Assembly (NCBI GenBank): GCA_048885535.1
Contig: JBHLLO010000010.1
Coordinates: 1-64,000 of the forward strand
From: Candidatus Hermodarchaeota archaeon
GTDB lineage: Archaea > Asgardarchaeota > Lokiarchaeia > Sigyniarchaeales > SOKP01
Direction: 5' to 3'
Length of the DNA stretch: 64,000 bases
The notes beneath the pieces were generated by a model. It ran no database searches. It was not told the DNA's origin and saw only the letters and a list, made by a program, of their open reading frames with translations. Positions 30,261 to 40,102 of this stretch are shown piece after piece. Position 1 is the stretch's first letter; each line of letters opens with the position of its first letter. The position numbers and the translations under genes are program-made.

Positions 30261-30794
30261 ATGACTCAAATGTTAAAGAAAAATGCTGAAGAATTGAATT
30301 TAAAGTTTCGTTATGAAATTACAGAAAAAGTCGGTGCCAAATCTCTTTTGAAATGCATCCAATGTGGTGTATGTAGTTCTGGTTGTACGGTTACCGAATA
30401 TGTAGATTTACAACCACATAGAGTAGTTGCATCCTGTCTTTTAGGTTTGAAAGAAGAAGTATTATCTAGTAATGCAATCTGGACATGTTCATTATGTCAT
30501 AGGTGCACTGAAAGATGTCCTAAAAATGTAGATTACTCTTTTATTTTAGCTTTATTACGAAACTTAGCAGCAAAAGAAGGTAAAATTCCTAAGGAATACT
30601 CAAGCACAGTGGAAGTCATTTATGATAATGGTTTTGTTGTTCCTTTTACTGAGGGATTAAAGAAAAACATTGATAGAAGAAGAGAAAAATTAGGCTTACC
30701 TGAGATTATTCCGCCCAATTTAGATGAAATTAAGTTTATAATCGATGAAACTGGATTAGGAAAACTTGTAATTAAAAAGGAGGTTGAAAAATAA
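30261..30794 (+). CDS. hdrC: Heterodisulfide reductase subunit C
   Basis: CIQCGVCSSGC and IWTCSLCHRCTERCP; 3 bp after hdrA. Confidence 0.93.
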   Translation: MTQMLKKNAEELNLKFRYEITEKVGAKSLLKCIQCGVCSSGCTVTEYVDLQPHRVVASCLLGLKEEVLSSNAIWTCSLCHRCTERCPKNVDYSFILALLRNLAAKEGKIPKEYSSTVEVIYDNGFVVPFTEGLKKNIDRRREKLGLPEIIPPNLDEIKFIIDETGLGKLVIKKEVEK

Positions 30795-31679
30795 ATGACA
30801 AATTACGCTTTATTTTTAGGATGTACAATACCTTTAAAGCTTCCTCATCTTGAAAAAGCTTTTAGAGATGTAGCAAGTATATTAGGATTAAATTTAAAAG
30901 AGATGGAAGGTGTAAGCTGTTGTCCGGAACCAGTATCTTTGCAATCTTTAAATATTGATACTTGGATAACTCTAGGAGCAAGAAATCTCTCAATAGCCGA
31001 AAAAATGGGATTAGATGTATTAACCATCTGTTCTGGATGTTATGAAACTTTAAAGACGGTAAGTGTATTACTAGAAGAAGATAAAGAATATTTGAAAAAG
31101 ATAAATCTCTTATTGAAGAAAATTAATCATGAGTATGGAGGAAAAACTAAGGTATTCCATTTTGTTGAATTATTTACTGAACCTAAATTACTTGATAAAA
31201 TAAAAAGTTTAGTTGTAAAACCTCTAGATGACTTAAATCTTGCTGTACATTACGGTTGTCACCTCATAAGACCTAGTAAAATAATGCGTTTTGACCACCC
31301 AGAAAAACCTGAAAAAATAGATACTATACTACAAGCTTTAGGAGCAAGAACTATAGATTTTGCTACAAAATTAGAATGTTGTGGTTATTGCGCTCGTCTT
31401 CAAGATGAAATTGGAGAAAAACTCGTGGAAGAAAAAATGACAGAACTATGTGAATTTGGTGAAGAAGTTGACGCTTTAATTGGTGTTTGTCCTGCCTGTG
31501 TGACCCAATATGACCGGAAAGAAAAAATAATAGCTAGAAGGTCTGGAAAGGAATTAGATATTCCTGTTCTCTATTTGGCTGAAGTTATGGCATTAGCATT
31601 AGGAGTAAGTATTGAGGATCTTAGTTTAAAAAATAGAAGTGTGAAGCCTAATAAATTGATTGAGAAATTAACCATATAA
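30795..31679 (+). CDS. hdrB: Heterodisulfide reductase subunit B
   Basis: Two CCG domains: FLGC..SCC..CSGC and HYGCH..ECCG..CPAC. Confidence 0.93.
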   Translation: MTNYALFLGCTIPLKLPHLEKAFRDVASILGLNLKEMEGVSCCPEPVSLQSLNIDTWITLGARNLSIAEKMGLDVLTICSGCYETLKTVSVLLEEDKEYLKKINLLLKKINHEYGGKTKVFHFVELFTEPKLLDKIKSLVVKPLDDLNLAVHYGCHLIRPSKIMRFDHPEKPEKIDTILQALGARTIDFATKLECCGYCARLQDEIGEKLVEEKMTELCEFGEEVDALIGVCPACVTQYDRKEKIIARRSGKELDIPVLYLAEVMALALGVSIEDLSLKNRSVKPNKLIEKLTI

Positions 31680-31757
31680 TTTTTTTAAATTAGTATAAAG
31701 AAATAAATTTTTTATAAAAATCTAAAAAAAATGAAAAGAAATAGAGAGTTGTGAAAA

Positions 31758-32456
31758 ATGATAATAACCCAAATAAAAGATATTGAAGAAATATATGAAT
31801 ATATAAAACCATATTCCAAGATTTTAGTTGCCGGTTGCGATGGATGTTGTCAACCTCCTCGATCTTTAAATGAGGCGAAGTTGTTAGGACAACTTTTAGA
31901 ATTAAAAGCAAGAACAGAAGGAAAGATAATTAAGTGGAAAGCTATTACAGTTTTAAGACAATGTGATGATAGGATTGCTGCAACGACTGTAAAACCTGTA
32001 TTAGAAGAATATGAAGCTGTTATTACTTTAGCCTGTGGCTTAGGTGTTGTTATGATGAATAAAGTTCTACCACAGAAACTCACTTTTCCCGCTCAAAACA
32101 GCATGTTTGGAGGATCACAAAGTAATGGGGAAAATAATTACATTGAGCTGTGTGAAACTTGTGGAGATTGCATTATTGGGGAAACTGGAGGAGTCTGTCC
32201 TAGGGCAGGTTGTGCAAAACATTTAAGTAATGGACCTTGCGGAGGAATGGTTGATGGGAAGTGCGAAGTTAGAGGTTACACCGTACCATGCGCTTGGGTT
32301 GAAATCTGGAAACGCTTAAAAGAATTCAACCGGCTTGATTTATTTAAAAAGTATAGAGGTCCGAGAGATTATAGAACCTCAACTAGTCCCGGATATATGG
32401 AAATTTATAAAGAATACACGAATGTAGAACAAGAAAAGGAGGAGGTGAAGGACTAA
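31758..32456 (+). CDS. metV: Methylenetetrahydrofolate reductase Fe-S/Zn subunit MetV (copy 1)
   Basis: GCDGC, RQCD, LACGLGV, CETCGDC, CP..CAKHLSNGPCGG..GKCEV..CAW. Confidence 0.9.
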   Translation: MIITQIKDIEEIYEYIKPYSKILVAGCDGCCQPPRSLNEAKLLGQLLELKARTEGKIIKWKAITVLRQCDDRIAATTVKPVLEEYEAVITLACGLGVVMMNKVLPQKLTFPAQNSMFGGSQSNGENNYIELCETCGDCIIGETGGVCPRAGCAKHLSNGPCGGMVDGKCEVRGYTVPCAWVEIWKRLKEFNRLDLFKKYRGPRDYRTSTSPGYMEIYKEYTNVEQEKEEVKD

Positions 32457-33410
32457 ATGGGAAAAAGACCAGCATATAGTAATTTATGCAAAGCAATTGA
32501 GTCGGGACATTTTGTTTTTACTGGTGAATTAGAACCTAAAAAAATACTTGACTTAAAGGATATATTTCATTCTGCTGAAGAAATGAAGAAGACTGGGAAA
32601 ATTGTGGCAGCGAATGTCACTGATGGTCCACAGGGAGATGCTTATATGTGTTCATTGGTCCCAAGTTATTTAATCCAGGAAAAAGTAGGGCTTGAAGCGG
32701 TGTGGCAAGTCACAGTTAGGGACCGTAATCGAGTTGCCTTATTTGGAGATGTCATAGCAGGTGCTGTGTTGGGATTGAAGAATATTTTAACTCTAACTGG
32801 AGATCACACATCACTCGGAGATCACAAGAAAGGAAGAGTTGTTTATGATATAGATAGTACTCAGTTTTGTGAAATGCTTTCAATCATGATCGATGAGGGA
32901 ACTGATTATGAAGGAAATGAACTTGAGGGTGGTAAGATTGAAATGAATTATGGATGTGTTGCTAATCCGAATAGTAACCCACGTGAGCCAGAGATTCTTA
33001 AAGTTGGGCGTAAAGTAGAACAAGGTGTTGATTTTATTCAAACACAAACAGCGTTTGATATTGATGAAGCCAAAGATTTCCTTAAGGATCTGGAACAATT
33101 CAATGTTCCAGTACTTTTAGGTGTCTTTCCCCTGAAATCTTATGGAATTGCCTGGTATTTTGATAATTATATTCCTGGAGTTTCAGTTCCAAAAGACCTT
33201 CTTAAAGCACTTAAAAAAGCAGAAAAAGACAATAAGGGTAATAAATCAGCTAAATATGCGGCACTTGATAAGATAAATCTTGAGTTCTTCGAACCATTTA
33301 TCAAGGAAATTAAGAAAAACACTAAAGCAGCAGGCGTTCACACAATGGCAGTTGAATATGAAAGACTATTCGAGCCTCTTTTAAGAGATTTCCCAGAATA
33401 TGTTAAATAA
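32457..33410 (+). CDS. metF: Methylenetetrahydrofolate reductase catalytic subunit (copy 1)
   Basis: TGELEP, ANVTD, QVTVRDRN, LTGDH, GVDFIQTQ, GVH; abuts metV. Confidence 0.92.
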   Translation: MGKRPAYSNLCKAIESGHFVFTGELEPKKILDLKDIFHSAEEMKKTGKIVAANVTDGPQGDAYMCSLVPSYLIQEKVGLEAVWQVTVRDRNRVALFGDVIAGAVLGLKNILTLTGDHTSLGDHKKGRVVYDIDSTQFCEMLSIMIDEGTDYEGNELEGGKIEMNYGCVANPNSNPREPEILKVGRKVEQGVDFIQTQTAFDIDEAKDFLKDLEQFNVPVLLGVFPLKSYGIAWYFDNYIPGVSVPKDLLKALKKAEKDNKGNKSAKYAALDKINLEFFEPFIKEIKKNTKAAGVHTMAVEYERLFEPLLRDFPEYVK

Positions 33411-33507
33411 ATTAATGATATTAAATAAAAAAAAGAAATACCGTATTTTTAAATAAATGTTTTTTTAAACCGAAAAGGGTAATAAATGACCAGAAAAAGA
33501 GTTAATT

Positions 33508-33969
33508 ATGAAAAATTTGGATGATAAAGACAAGAAAATATTGGAAATGTTAATAGAAGATTCAAGAAGACCTTATCATGAGATTGGAAAGGAGGTAGAT
33601 CTTTCTGAATCAACAGTTAGAAAGCGTGTGATTAAGCTGCAAGAAGAAGGAGTGATAGAAAAATTCACAATCAAAGTATGCAGAGAGGAAGAAAGATGCA
33701 TTTATGCTTTTGTAACATTATTACCTAAAAACCAGTCAGAAATTAAAGAACTAATTAGAGAAACTCAAATTTTACCCCAATGTGAAGAAGTTTATTTCTT
33801 AGCAGGCGAGTGTGGGATTTTATTAAAGGTTAATGTTCCCGAGATAACAGAGCTTGATGCATTAATAGAAAATTTTAGGGGTAGAAGTGATATTAAAAGC
33901 GTAGAAAGAGTATGCGTTGTACTTAAACCAATTAAAACTTTAACTTATAATAGCATCTCACCACTTTAG
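33508..33969 (+). CDS. Lrp/AsnC family transcriptional regulator
   Basis: LDDKDKKILEML..DSR, SESTVRKRV..LQEEGVI. Confidence 0.92.
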   Translation: MKNLDDKDKKILEMLIEDSRRPYHEIGKEVDLSESTVRKRVIKLQEEGVIEKFTIKVCREEERCIYAFVTLLPKNQSEIKELIRETQILPQCEEVYFLAGECGILLKVNVPEITELDALIENFRGRSDIKSVERVCVVLKPIKTLTYNSISPL

Positions 33970-34139
33970 ACTAGTTAAATACCTAAATAAATTGATAAAG
34001 AAAACTAACTTCTTATCATAATGATATTTCAATTTCATAACCTCACACTTTCAAAACTTTTTTAAGTATTAAAATCAAACTTTACTAAGAAATTCATTAA
34101 TGTGAGAAATTGGAGATCTCAATTTAATTATTCTAAATA

Positions 34140-35285
34140 ATGATTCCCATGAATGAGCTGATTAAAAAGAGTAATTATTACTTCCAAGTAGACCTCTTAA
34201 AAGCTATTTTGATAATTTTTGTCATTTCTGAGCATGCACTTATTTATCTTCCACTAGAAATAAGAGATCAGATGGTTGTTCATTTATGGCAAAGACTTTC
34301 AATCCCCTTTTTTGTAGTTATCTTGGGATTCAATATGGGGTTGTCTTTTAAAAGAACCGGAAAATCCTCTTTAAAACAACTTTATTCATGGCATTATTTT
34401 AAGAAAAAATTTTGGAGATATGTTTTTCCATATCTTCTTTTATATATCATATCAACAATTGTTGGTTTAATCATCTATGGTTCCTTTGAAAATATCGTTT
34501 CAAATCAATTATATCCTGTTATGAACGAAAAACATCTTTATTTTGGCATTACTCCTTTTTGGGGACCAGGAGTATGGTTTATTCCCTTACTTTTCCAATC
34601 AATATTATTAATGCCAATTATTTATAAAGGATTTTCTGGAAAAACTGTTTGGGCTTTACTCTCTCTGATTTTATGTATAGTCATTAATTTCCTTACAAGC
34701 CTATTTATGTTTTACTTTGCGATGGATTGGCATACCATGGTTTTCTTTTATATGACCATTTTTATGTATCTTGGTGGCATCGGATTGGGAATGTGGTTCT
34801 CTCGAAATCATAAACTATTTAGTTTGCATAATTTATTTATGTGGATTATCTTTCCTCTTTGTGCATATTATGTATATCTTTTTCAATTCCATGATTATGA
34901 AATTGAATTTTTGAGAAGTGATTATAATATTATTTTTTATACATATGCTGCTTTCATATTTCTTGTTTTAATTTTAATTTTTCCAAGGAATCCAAAGAAC
35001 AAGTTCGCGAAAGGTATAGCATGGATTGGCAAGTCATCATATCACATTCTCTTAGTCCAGATTTTCTATTTCGGTTTATTGAAAGCATTTACTGGAAACT
35101 TCGCATGTATCCTTCCAGATCCATATCAAACCTCTGATATCCTATTTTGCGTGTTGTATGATATTGTTGCAATAATCGTATGTGTTATTATCGGCGTATT
35201 ATGGTGCTTTACAGAAACCAAAATTAGAAAAAATCATCTAAGAAAGAAACAGAACAGAGTAAAAAATTCAGATTCTAACTCTTAA
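34140..35285 (+). CDS. Acyltransferase-3 family membrane protein
   Basis: VDLLKAILIIFVISEH, IPFF, WFIP, IGKSSYHI; about 10 TM segments. Confidence 0.85.
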   Translation: MIPMNELIKKSNYYFQVDLLKAILIIFVISEHALIYLPLEIRDQMVVHLWQRLSIPFFVVILGFNMGLSFKRTGKSSLKQLYSWHYFKKKFWRYVFPYLLLYIISTIVGLIIYGSFENIVSNQLYPVMNEKHLYFGITPFWGPGVWFIPLLFQSILLMPIIYKGFSGKTVWALLSLILCIVINFLTSLFMFYFAMDWHTMVFFYMTIFMYLGGIGLGMWFSRNHKLFSLHNLFMWIIFPLCAYYVYLFQFHDYEIEFLRSDYNIIFYTYAAFIFLVLILIFPRNPKNKFAKGIAWIGKSSYHILLVQIFYFGLLKAFTGNFACILPDPYQTSDILFCVLYDIVAIIVCVIIGVLWCFTETKIRKNHLRKKQNRVKNSDSNS

Positions 35286-36297
35286 AATAAAATTTTCCTT
35301 TTTTTTCCACTCTTTGAACTCTTCCTTCATTTTCCAGATAAATTAAATGCCCTAATACTTCACTTAAAGCCATATACGAATTAATTTCATCAAGATCATC
35401 ACCAAAATGAATCTGAGAAATTTGTATTGGTGTCATTGAATTATCCTTAATTAAATTGGAAATCTCATTTAGTCTCTTTTTATGATGCTCCTTAATTGCT
35501 ACAATTCGCTCATGTGGGTTATAGATAATTTCTTGATGGGCAGGAAAGATTACTCTTGGCTTTGACTCATCGATCTTATCTAAGGATTTTAGATAATGAT
35601 CTAAGATGTTATCAAAATTATAATTTCTATACTTTTCATTTAGAGCAGAAGGTATAATAAAATTACCTATGTGAGGAGTAATTCTAGAGAGTATATGATC
35701 TCCAGAAAAGAGAAATTTGGTTTTAGTGTTGAAAATACATATATGACCAAAACTATGGCCTGGAGTCCAAATTACTTCTAAATGATTTAAAATTTTATCC
35801 TTGTCATATACAATTAAATCAGGTTTTTGATATCGTAAAAATTGCGGCCAAAACTTATAAAATTGGACGATTTTCTTCCCATTTTCATCAGTAAGTCCAT
35901 ATTTTATCATTAAATCAGCAACCTTCTCAGCTTCCTGAGTTATTTCAACCATATTAGTGTTATTAGTTTCCCACTCTAGAATTTGATGAGTAAGGTCATT
36001 CATTACTATGTTTATCCTTTCATTCTTTCGCTTTAATGTTCTTGCTAACCCAATATGATCTACATGAATATGTGTAATAATACAATAATCAATATCTTGG
36101 GCAGAAAATCCAATTTCGTTTAAAGCTGAAAAAAATATTTTACTCCAATTCCCTATATTTAAACCAGCATCTATAAGGACTATTTGATCCTCTATCTCAA
36201 AAAGGTAAAGGCTTACATATTTCACTGCAAACGGAACATCGATCTTAATCTGAAAAACATTTTCAATCTTATTTATCTCTGATTTGAAATTATGCAA
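35275..36297 (-). CDS. MBL-fold metallo-hydrolase with C-terminal winged helix
   Basis: LIDAG, THIHVDHIG, TPGHSFGH, SGDH, PAH. Confidence 0.92.
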   Translation of the reverse strand: MHNFKSEINKIENVFQIKIDVPFAVKYVSLYLFEIEDQIVLIDAGLNIGNWSKIFFSALNEIGFSAQDIDYCIITHIHVDHIGLARTLKRKNERINIVMNDLTHQILEWETNNTNMVEITQEAEKVADLMIKYGLTDENGKKIVQFYKFWPQFLRYQKPDLIVYDKDKILNHLEVIWTPGHSFGHICIFNTKTKFLFSGDHILSRITPHIGNFIIPSALNEKYRNYNFDNILDHYLKSLDKIDESKPRVIFPAHQEIIYNPHERIVAIKEHHKKRLNEISNLIKDNSMTPIQISQIHFGDDLDEINSYMALSEVLGHLIYLENEGRVQRVEKKGKFYFKS

Positions 36298-36446
36298 TCT
36301 TTAAACCTAAAGAAATTACAATCTTCTTTAGTAGAAAAAAGCTTCAAAATTTTTGTATCTTCCGAATTTTATAATTAAAAATGAAGTATTGCTAAAATCG
36401 AGAGTTCAATAAATAAAAAAAAAAATTCAGATAAGAGAAATTTAAT

Positions 36447-37151
36447 TTAGGTTTTTAGACCGTAGTACATAAACCAAAAGCTACTTAAATATCCAATTCG
36501 CACAAATATTAATGTATAACCTGGTTCAGTTAAACCTTCTAATAATCCAAAAACACAGAAAAATATTGACCCCAGAGATAAAAGAAGAAATTTCTTTCTT
36601 AGTATGCCGCTTGATTGAAAAGCTTTGACTAGAAATCCAATTCCAAGTAAAACTATTATACTTAGAAGAAATACAGCCATCAAAATACCTGCTATAGAAA
36701 ATATTTTAACATTATAGTCGATTAGTAATTCTGCTGGATCGGGAGGATCATCAAAATTAAATGCACTAATAGGATCGATAAAAATAATAATTTCGAAGGA
36801 AATACTTAAAATTACAAATAAGATCACAATGTACCATTTTAACTTAGGTATCTGAAGCTCTGCTCCAATATATATTGATGTGATAATTGCAGGTGCAAGC
36901 CATATATAACTTAAAATTCCCACTATGCCAGAAGTATTATCTATATTTGTTTCAGTAGGTAAAACATATAAAAAATCCAAAAAGACTCCAAGATACATTA
37001 AACCAGCGAATAAATTCGCTAAACCTAAGAAGTTTAAAATCCTAGCATTAGTCTTTTTTGCTTTATAAATAAAGAATATCCCAATAACTATACCAAAAAT
37101 AACCACTCCAGAGGCTGTAATCCCATCAATCCATCCAAATAGATTAAGCAT
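36447..37151 (-). CDS. Stand-alone 7-TM membrane protein
   Basis: Seven hydrophobic segments and no soluble output domain; T-tract follows on the minus strand. Confidence 0.75.
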   Translation of the reverse strand: MLNLFGWIDGITASGVVIFGIVIGIFFIYKAKKTNARILNFLGLANLFAGLMYLGVFLDFLYVLPTETNIDNTSGIVGILSYIWLAPAIITSIYIGAELQIPKLKWYIVILFVILSISFEIIIFIDPISAFNFDDPPDPAELLIDYNVKIFSIAGILMAVFLLSIIVLLGIGFLVKAFQSSGILRKKFLLLSLGSIFFCVFGLLEGLTEPGYTLIFVRIGYLSSFWFMYYGLKT

Positions 37152-37286
37152 AATATTATCACAACTATTCTTATTAATTACGGTATGATTCTACCCAATT
37201 TTAATTATATTATAATAATATTATTAAAACAAAATCAATTTATAAATAATTACAATACGATTATATTGAAGAATTAACAACTAGAA

Positions 37287-37577
37287 TTATCTTTGATCTT
37301 GTTCTTTATCGGATTCAAAAAAAAGTGATTTTTTCATATCAAATTCTAATTCCCTTAATTTTCTTTTTATTTCGGTTGGATTGTAATCTTTTTTCAACAT
37401 ATCAATGATAGTGTCTTTCAAGTTTTCTAAATTATCAATAGCACACTGATAAAAAATGTTATTTTTATCCATACTCATATTTAGAATATCATACAAACCC
37501 ATGAGAGTATCTCTTATTTTCTCATAATATTCCCAAGCTTTCTCTAAGTCTGATTCTTTTTTAGTGTCAGTCATCAT
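37287..37577 (-). CDS. Small helical hypothetical protein
   Basis: 96-aa ORF with amphipathic helices. Confidence 0.7.
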   Translation of the reverse strand: MMTDTKKESDLEKAWEYYEKIRDTLMGLYDILNMSMDKNNIFYQCAIDNLENLKDTIIDMLKKDYNPTEIKRKLRELEFDMKKSLFFESDKEQDQR

Positions 37578-37710
37578 GGCAATATCGTAGTTTTGTTAAA
37601 TTAAGAAATGTAGTACAATTTATAACATTTCCTTAATGAAATTAAATCTCTCCTTTTAAATCATGATAATAAATTTAACAAAATAAGAATTTTAAAAAAA
37701 ATTTAATATT

Positions 37711-38043
37711 TTACAAAAGTGCTTTAATTTCTTTTACTAAATCTCCAGCGCCAGCTTCTTCAAGAATTTTGAAAACTTCCTTAGCATCTACTCTTAAGGC
37801 ACCATCTAGAAGCTTCTCAAAACCAATTCTAGTATTTAATCTTTCTGTTTTTTGTAAATGAAAAATAACTCTTCCTAATTCGTTTTTCAGAATTCCACCT
37901 TTCGCATTTAAACAAACACTTAGAAGTTCAGGAACAACATCTTCAATAACTTCCAAATCAATATGGCTAGCTAATTCATATACCTTTTCGATTTGATCAT
38001 CTGTTAACGTTAAAGATTCTGCTTTTGACTTTATGACTTCCAT
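37711..38043 (-). CDS. Small all-alpha hypothetical protein
   Basis: 110-aa ORF with SD-like GAGGT upstream of the ATG. Confidence 0.75.
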   Translation of the reverse strand: MEVIKSKAESLTLTDDQIEKVYELASHIDLEVIEDVVPELLSVCLNAKGGILKNELGRVIFHLQKTERLNTRIGFEKLLDGALRVDAKEVFKILEEAGAGDLVKEIKALL

Positions 38044-38562
38044 TTTTTTAACCTCATTTTTTAATATTAATTTCGTTTTTCATTACTAACTAAAGTAAGA
38101 ATAGTTTAATATTTAAATGTATTGGGGTTTTTTCCGTTGCCCTTTTAACAGAATCGGGTAAATAGTCAAAATATTTACTCTTTACGGACCCATCTTGACA
38201 AAATCCAGAATTCATCAGATTTTAGGGTAAAAAATCCATTTTTTTTATTATTAGACAAAACTTTGATAATATTCTGACTAAAAAAGGAATATTTTTGACA
38301 AAAAAAAGCAATGTGATGAGGAATGGGTAAGAAATGGGTCATCGTTATCCAAAAAAAGTTATGAAAAAATGATCATAATCTAACAATATTAATTTTTTCT
38401 TTACTAGAAAACAAAAATTCTTCGGGATCAAAATACTTTTTTAGATCATATTTAACATTCTTAATAATGTGTTTCTTATTCTTGTTTAAAAAAGATAAAA
38501 AATAATTGAATTATTTTCAATTTCATTCAAAATTTAACAAAGAGAGTAAAAATAAAAAAAAA

Positions 38563-39801
38563 TTAAATTGGAATTTTTTCTAATAAACCATCTGGAGTTC
38601 CTATCCCGAAATAACCTTTTTTCCAAAAGGACGTTGTAAAAGAAGCAAGAGTAGCTACACTTAGAGGGTCATTAGGATCAGGATATCGACATATACTTGC
38701 ATCTGAGCCATCATAATAACATTCTATGCTTATCCCGTCTTCAATTTTAAAGTTACGTTTTTGAACTAGCTTCGCATTTATTAGTTGCTCCGCTTGCTTT
38801 TGGCGTGCTATACTATAAAGTGGATCAATTAAAAAGGGTTTAAGTTGATCTGAAGTATAAGTATTAGTTTTCACTGCAAATTCTTCCTTACTAACTTGAT
38901 TGATTAATGCTACTCCTGGTACTGTCTCAATAGCTAAAACCCTACCTTTTTTATCACAAATGATATAATTCCAAGAAGCACAATAGCTGGATATCATTAT
39001 TGAAAGAAAGTCTTCAGTGTTTTTACAATTTTCAAAAGCAATTCTAGATTTAATAGACGATGGAACACCAAAATTACCTTTTTTCCATGTCTGGACTAAA
39101 TTAAGAGTACAAGAAACTCGACGATTTTTTCCAATAGCTAAGGTACTTGCCCCCATTCTAAGTGTAAATACCTCTTTTTTACCATGAATTTTATGGTGCA
39201 CCCAAACCAATGTAGGTTGAAAGATTAATGCAAAATCCATTGTTTGGCCATGTACAATATGAGAATTTCTAATCTTTACTGCGAAGGCAGTACAAGCTCC
39301 AATATTATTACTTGAAACTTGCAGTGGGATTAATATTCCATAGTATAAATCTAAAAAGACTACTTGAAGTAAAATATCTTCATAAGTGAGACCAGTCGCA
39401 TCTGCAATTCCTTGCATTTCAGATTTATATGATTCTGGAATATTATACATTTTAGCATAAAATAGAATAGTATTTAGATCAAGATTTAGAGCTTGAATAA
39501 AATAATCAATAATGTTATCGAAAGTAATTATTTGTGATAATAAGAAATGTCCAGTTAGAAAGCCTAACTCATAATAATTCTCTGCAACAACAAAAAGATA
39601 CTTCTGGTTTTTACCACGCCATTCTGCGAAGTTCTCATGTTTTTGAGGACAAGATGAATTAAGAGATACACTTTTTATACTTGAATTTGTATCTTCTGAT
39701 GCTGAAACTGAACCTGAACTAAATATGAAACCCATAAGAAAAAAGGTAATGATAACCAAACCAATTATGTGTATTTTTTTCATAATATAGAATCCTCTCA
39801 T
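38563..39801 (-). CDS. Secreted C45-family Ntn hydrolase (autoproteolytic acyltransferase/peptidase)
   Basis: Signal peptide (MKK + hydrophobic stretch + ASE), EMQGIADATG, ACTAF nucleophile, HGQTMDF, KTN. Confidence 0.82.
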   Translation of the reverse strand: MRGFYIMKKIHIIGLVIITFFLMGFIFSSGSVSASEDTNSSIKSVSLNSSCPQKHENFAEWRGKNQKYLFVVAENYYELGFLTGHFLLSQIITFDNIIDYFIQALNLDLNTILFYAKMYNIPESYKSEMQGIADATGLTYEDILLQVVFLDLYYGILIPLQVSSNNIGACTAFAVKIRNSHIVHGQTMDFALIFQPTLVWVHHKIHGKKEVFTLRMGASTLAIGKNRRVSCTLNLVQTWKKGNFGVPSSIKSRIAFENCKNTEDFLSIMISSYCASWNYIICDKKGRVLAIETVPGVALINQVSKEEFAVKTNTYTSDQLKPFLIDPLYSIARQKQAEQLINAKLVQKRNFKIEDGISIECYYDGSDASICRYPDPNDPLSVATLASFTTSFWKKGYFGIGTPDGLLEKIPI

Positions 39802-40102
39802 AGCTTTATTGAAACCTAATATCGATTCATTTCTAGAATCATATTAATTATATAACTAACTATAAAAAATACGCGAAATAGCTGGTTTAAATAAAAATCA
39901 GTGCGTTTATTCTTTTTATCTTATACTTTTGTGTCATATATGTCATTTTCATCAAAATTTTTCCTATTATCTAATGATAAATAAAAACTTGAAAATTATT
40001 ATCAAATATCAAGAAATTTAAAGCAAAATATTAAAAATTCCTACTAGTATATTGTTTTTATACAAACAAATTAAAATGCTACTTAAAAGGTTAGGTGTTT
40101 AA

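Noticed and set aside
38313-38380. C-box-like GTGATGA suggesting a C/D sRNA
   Set aside because: No CTGA D box at a suitable distance downstream
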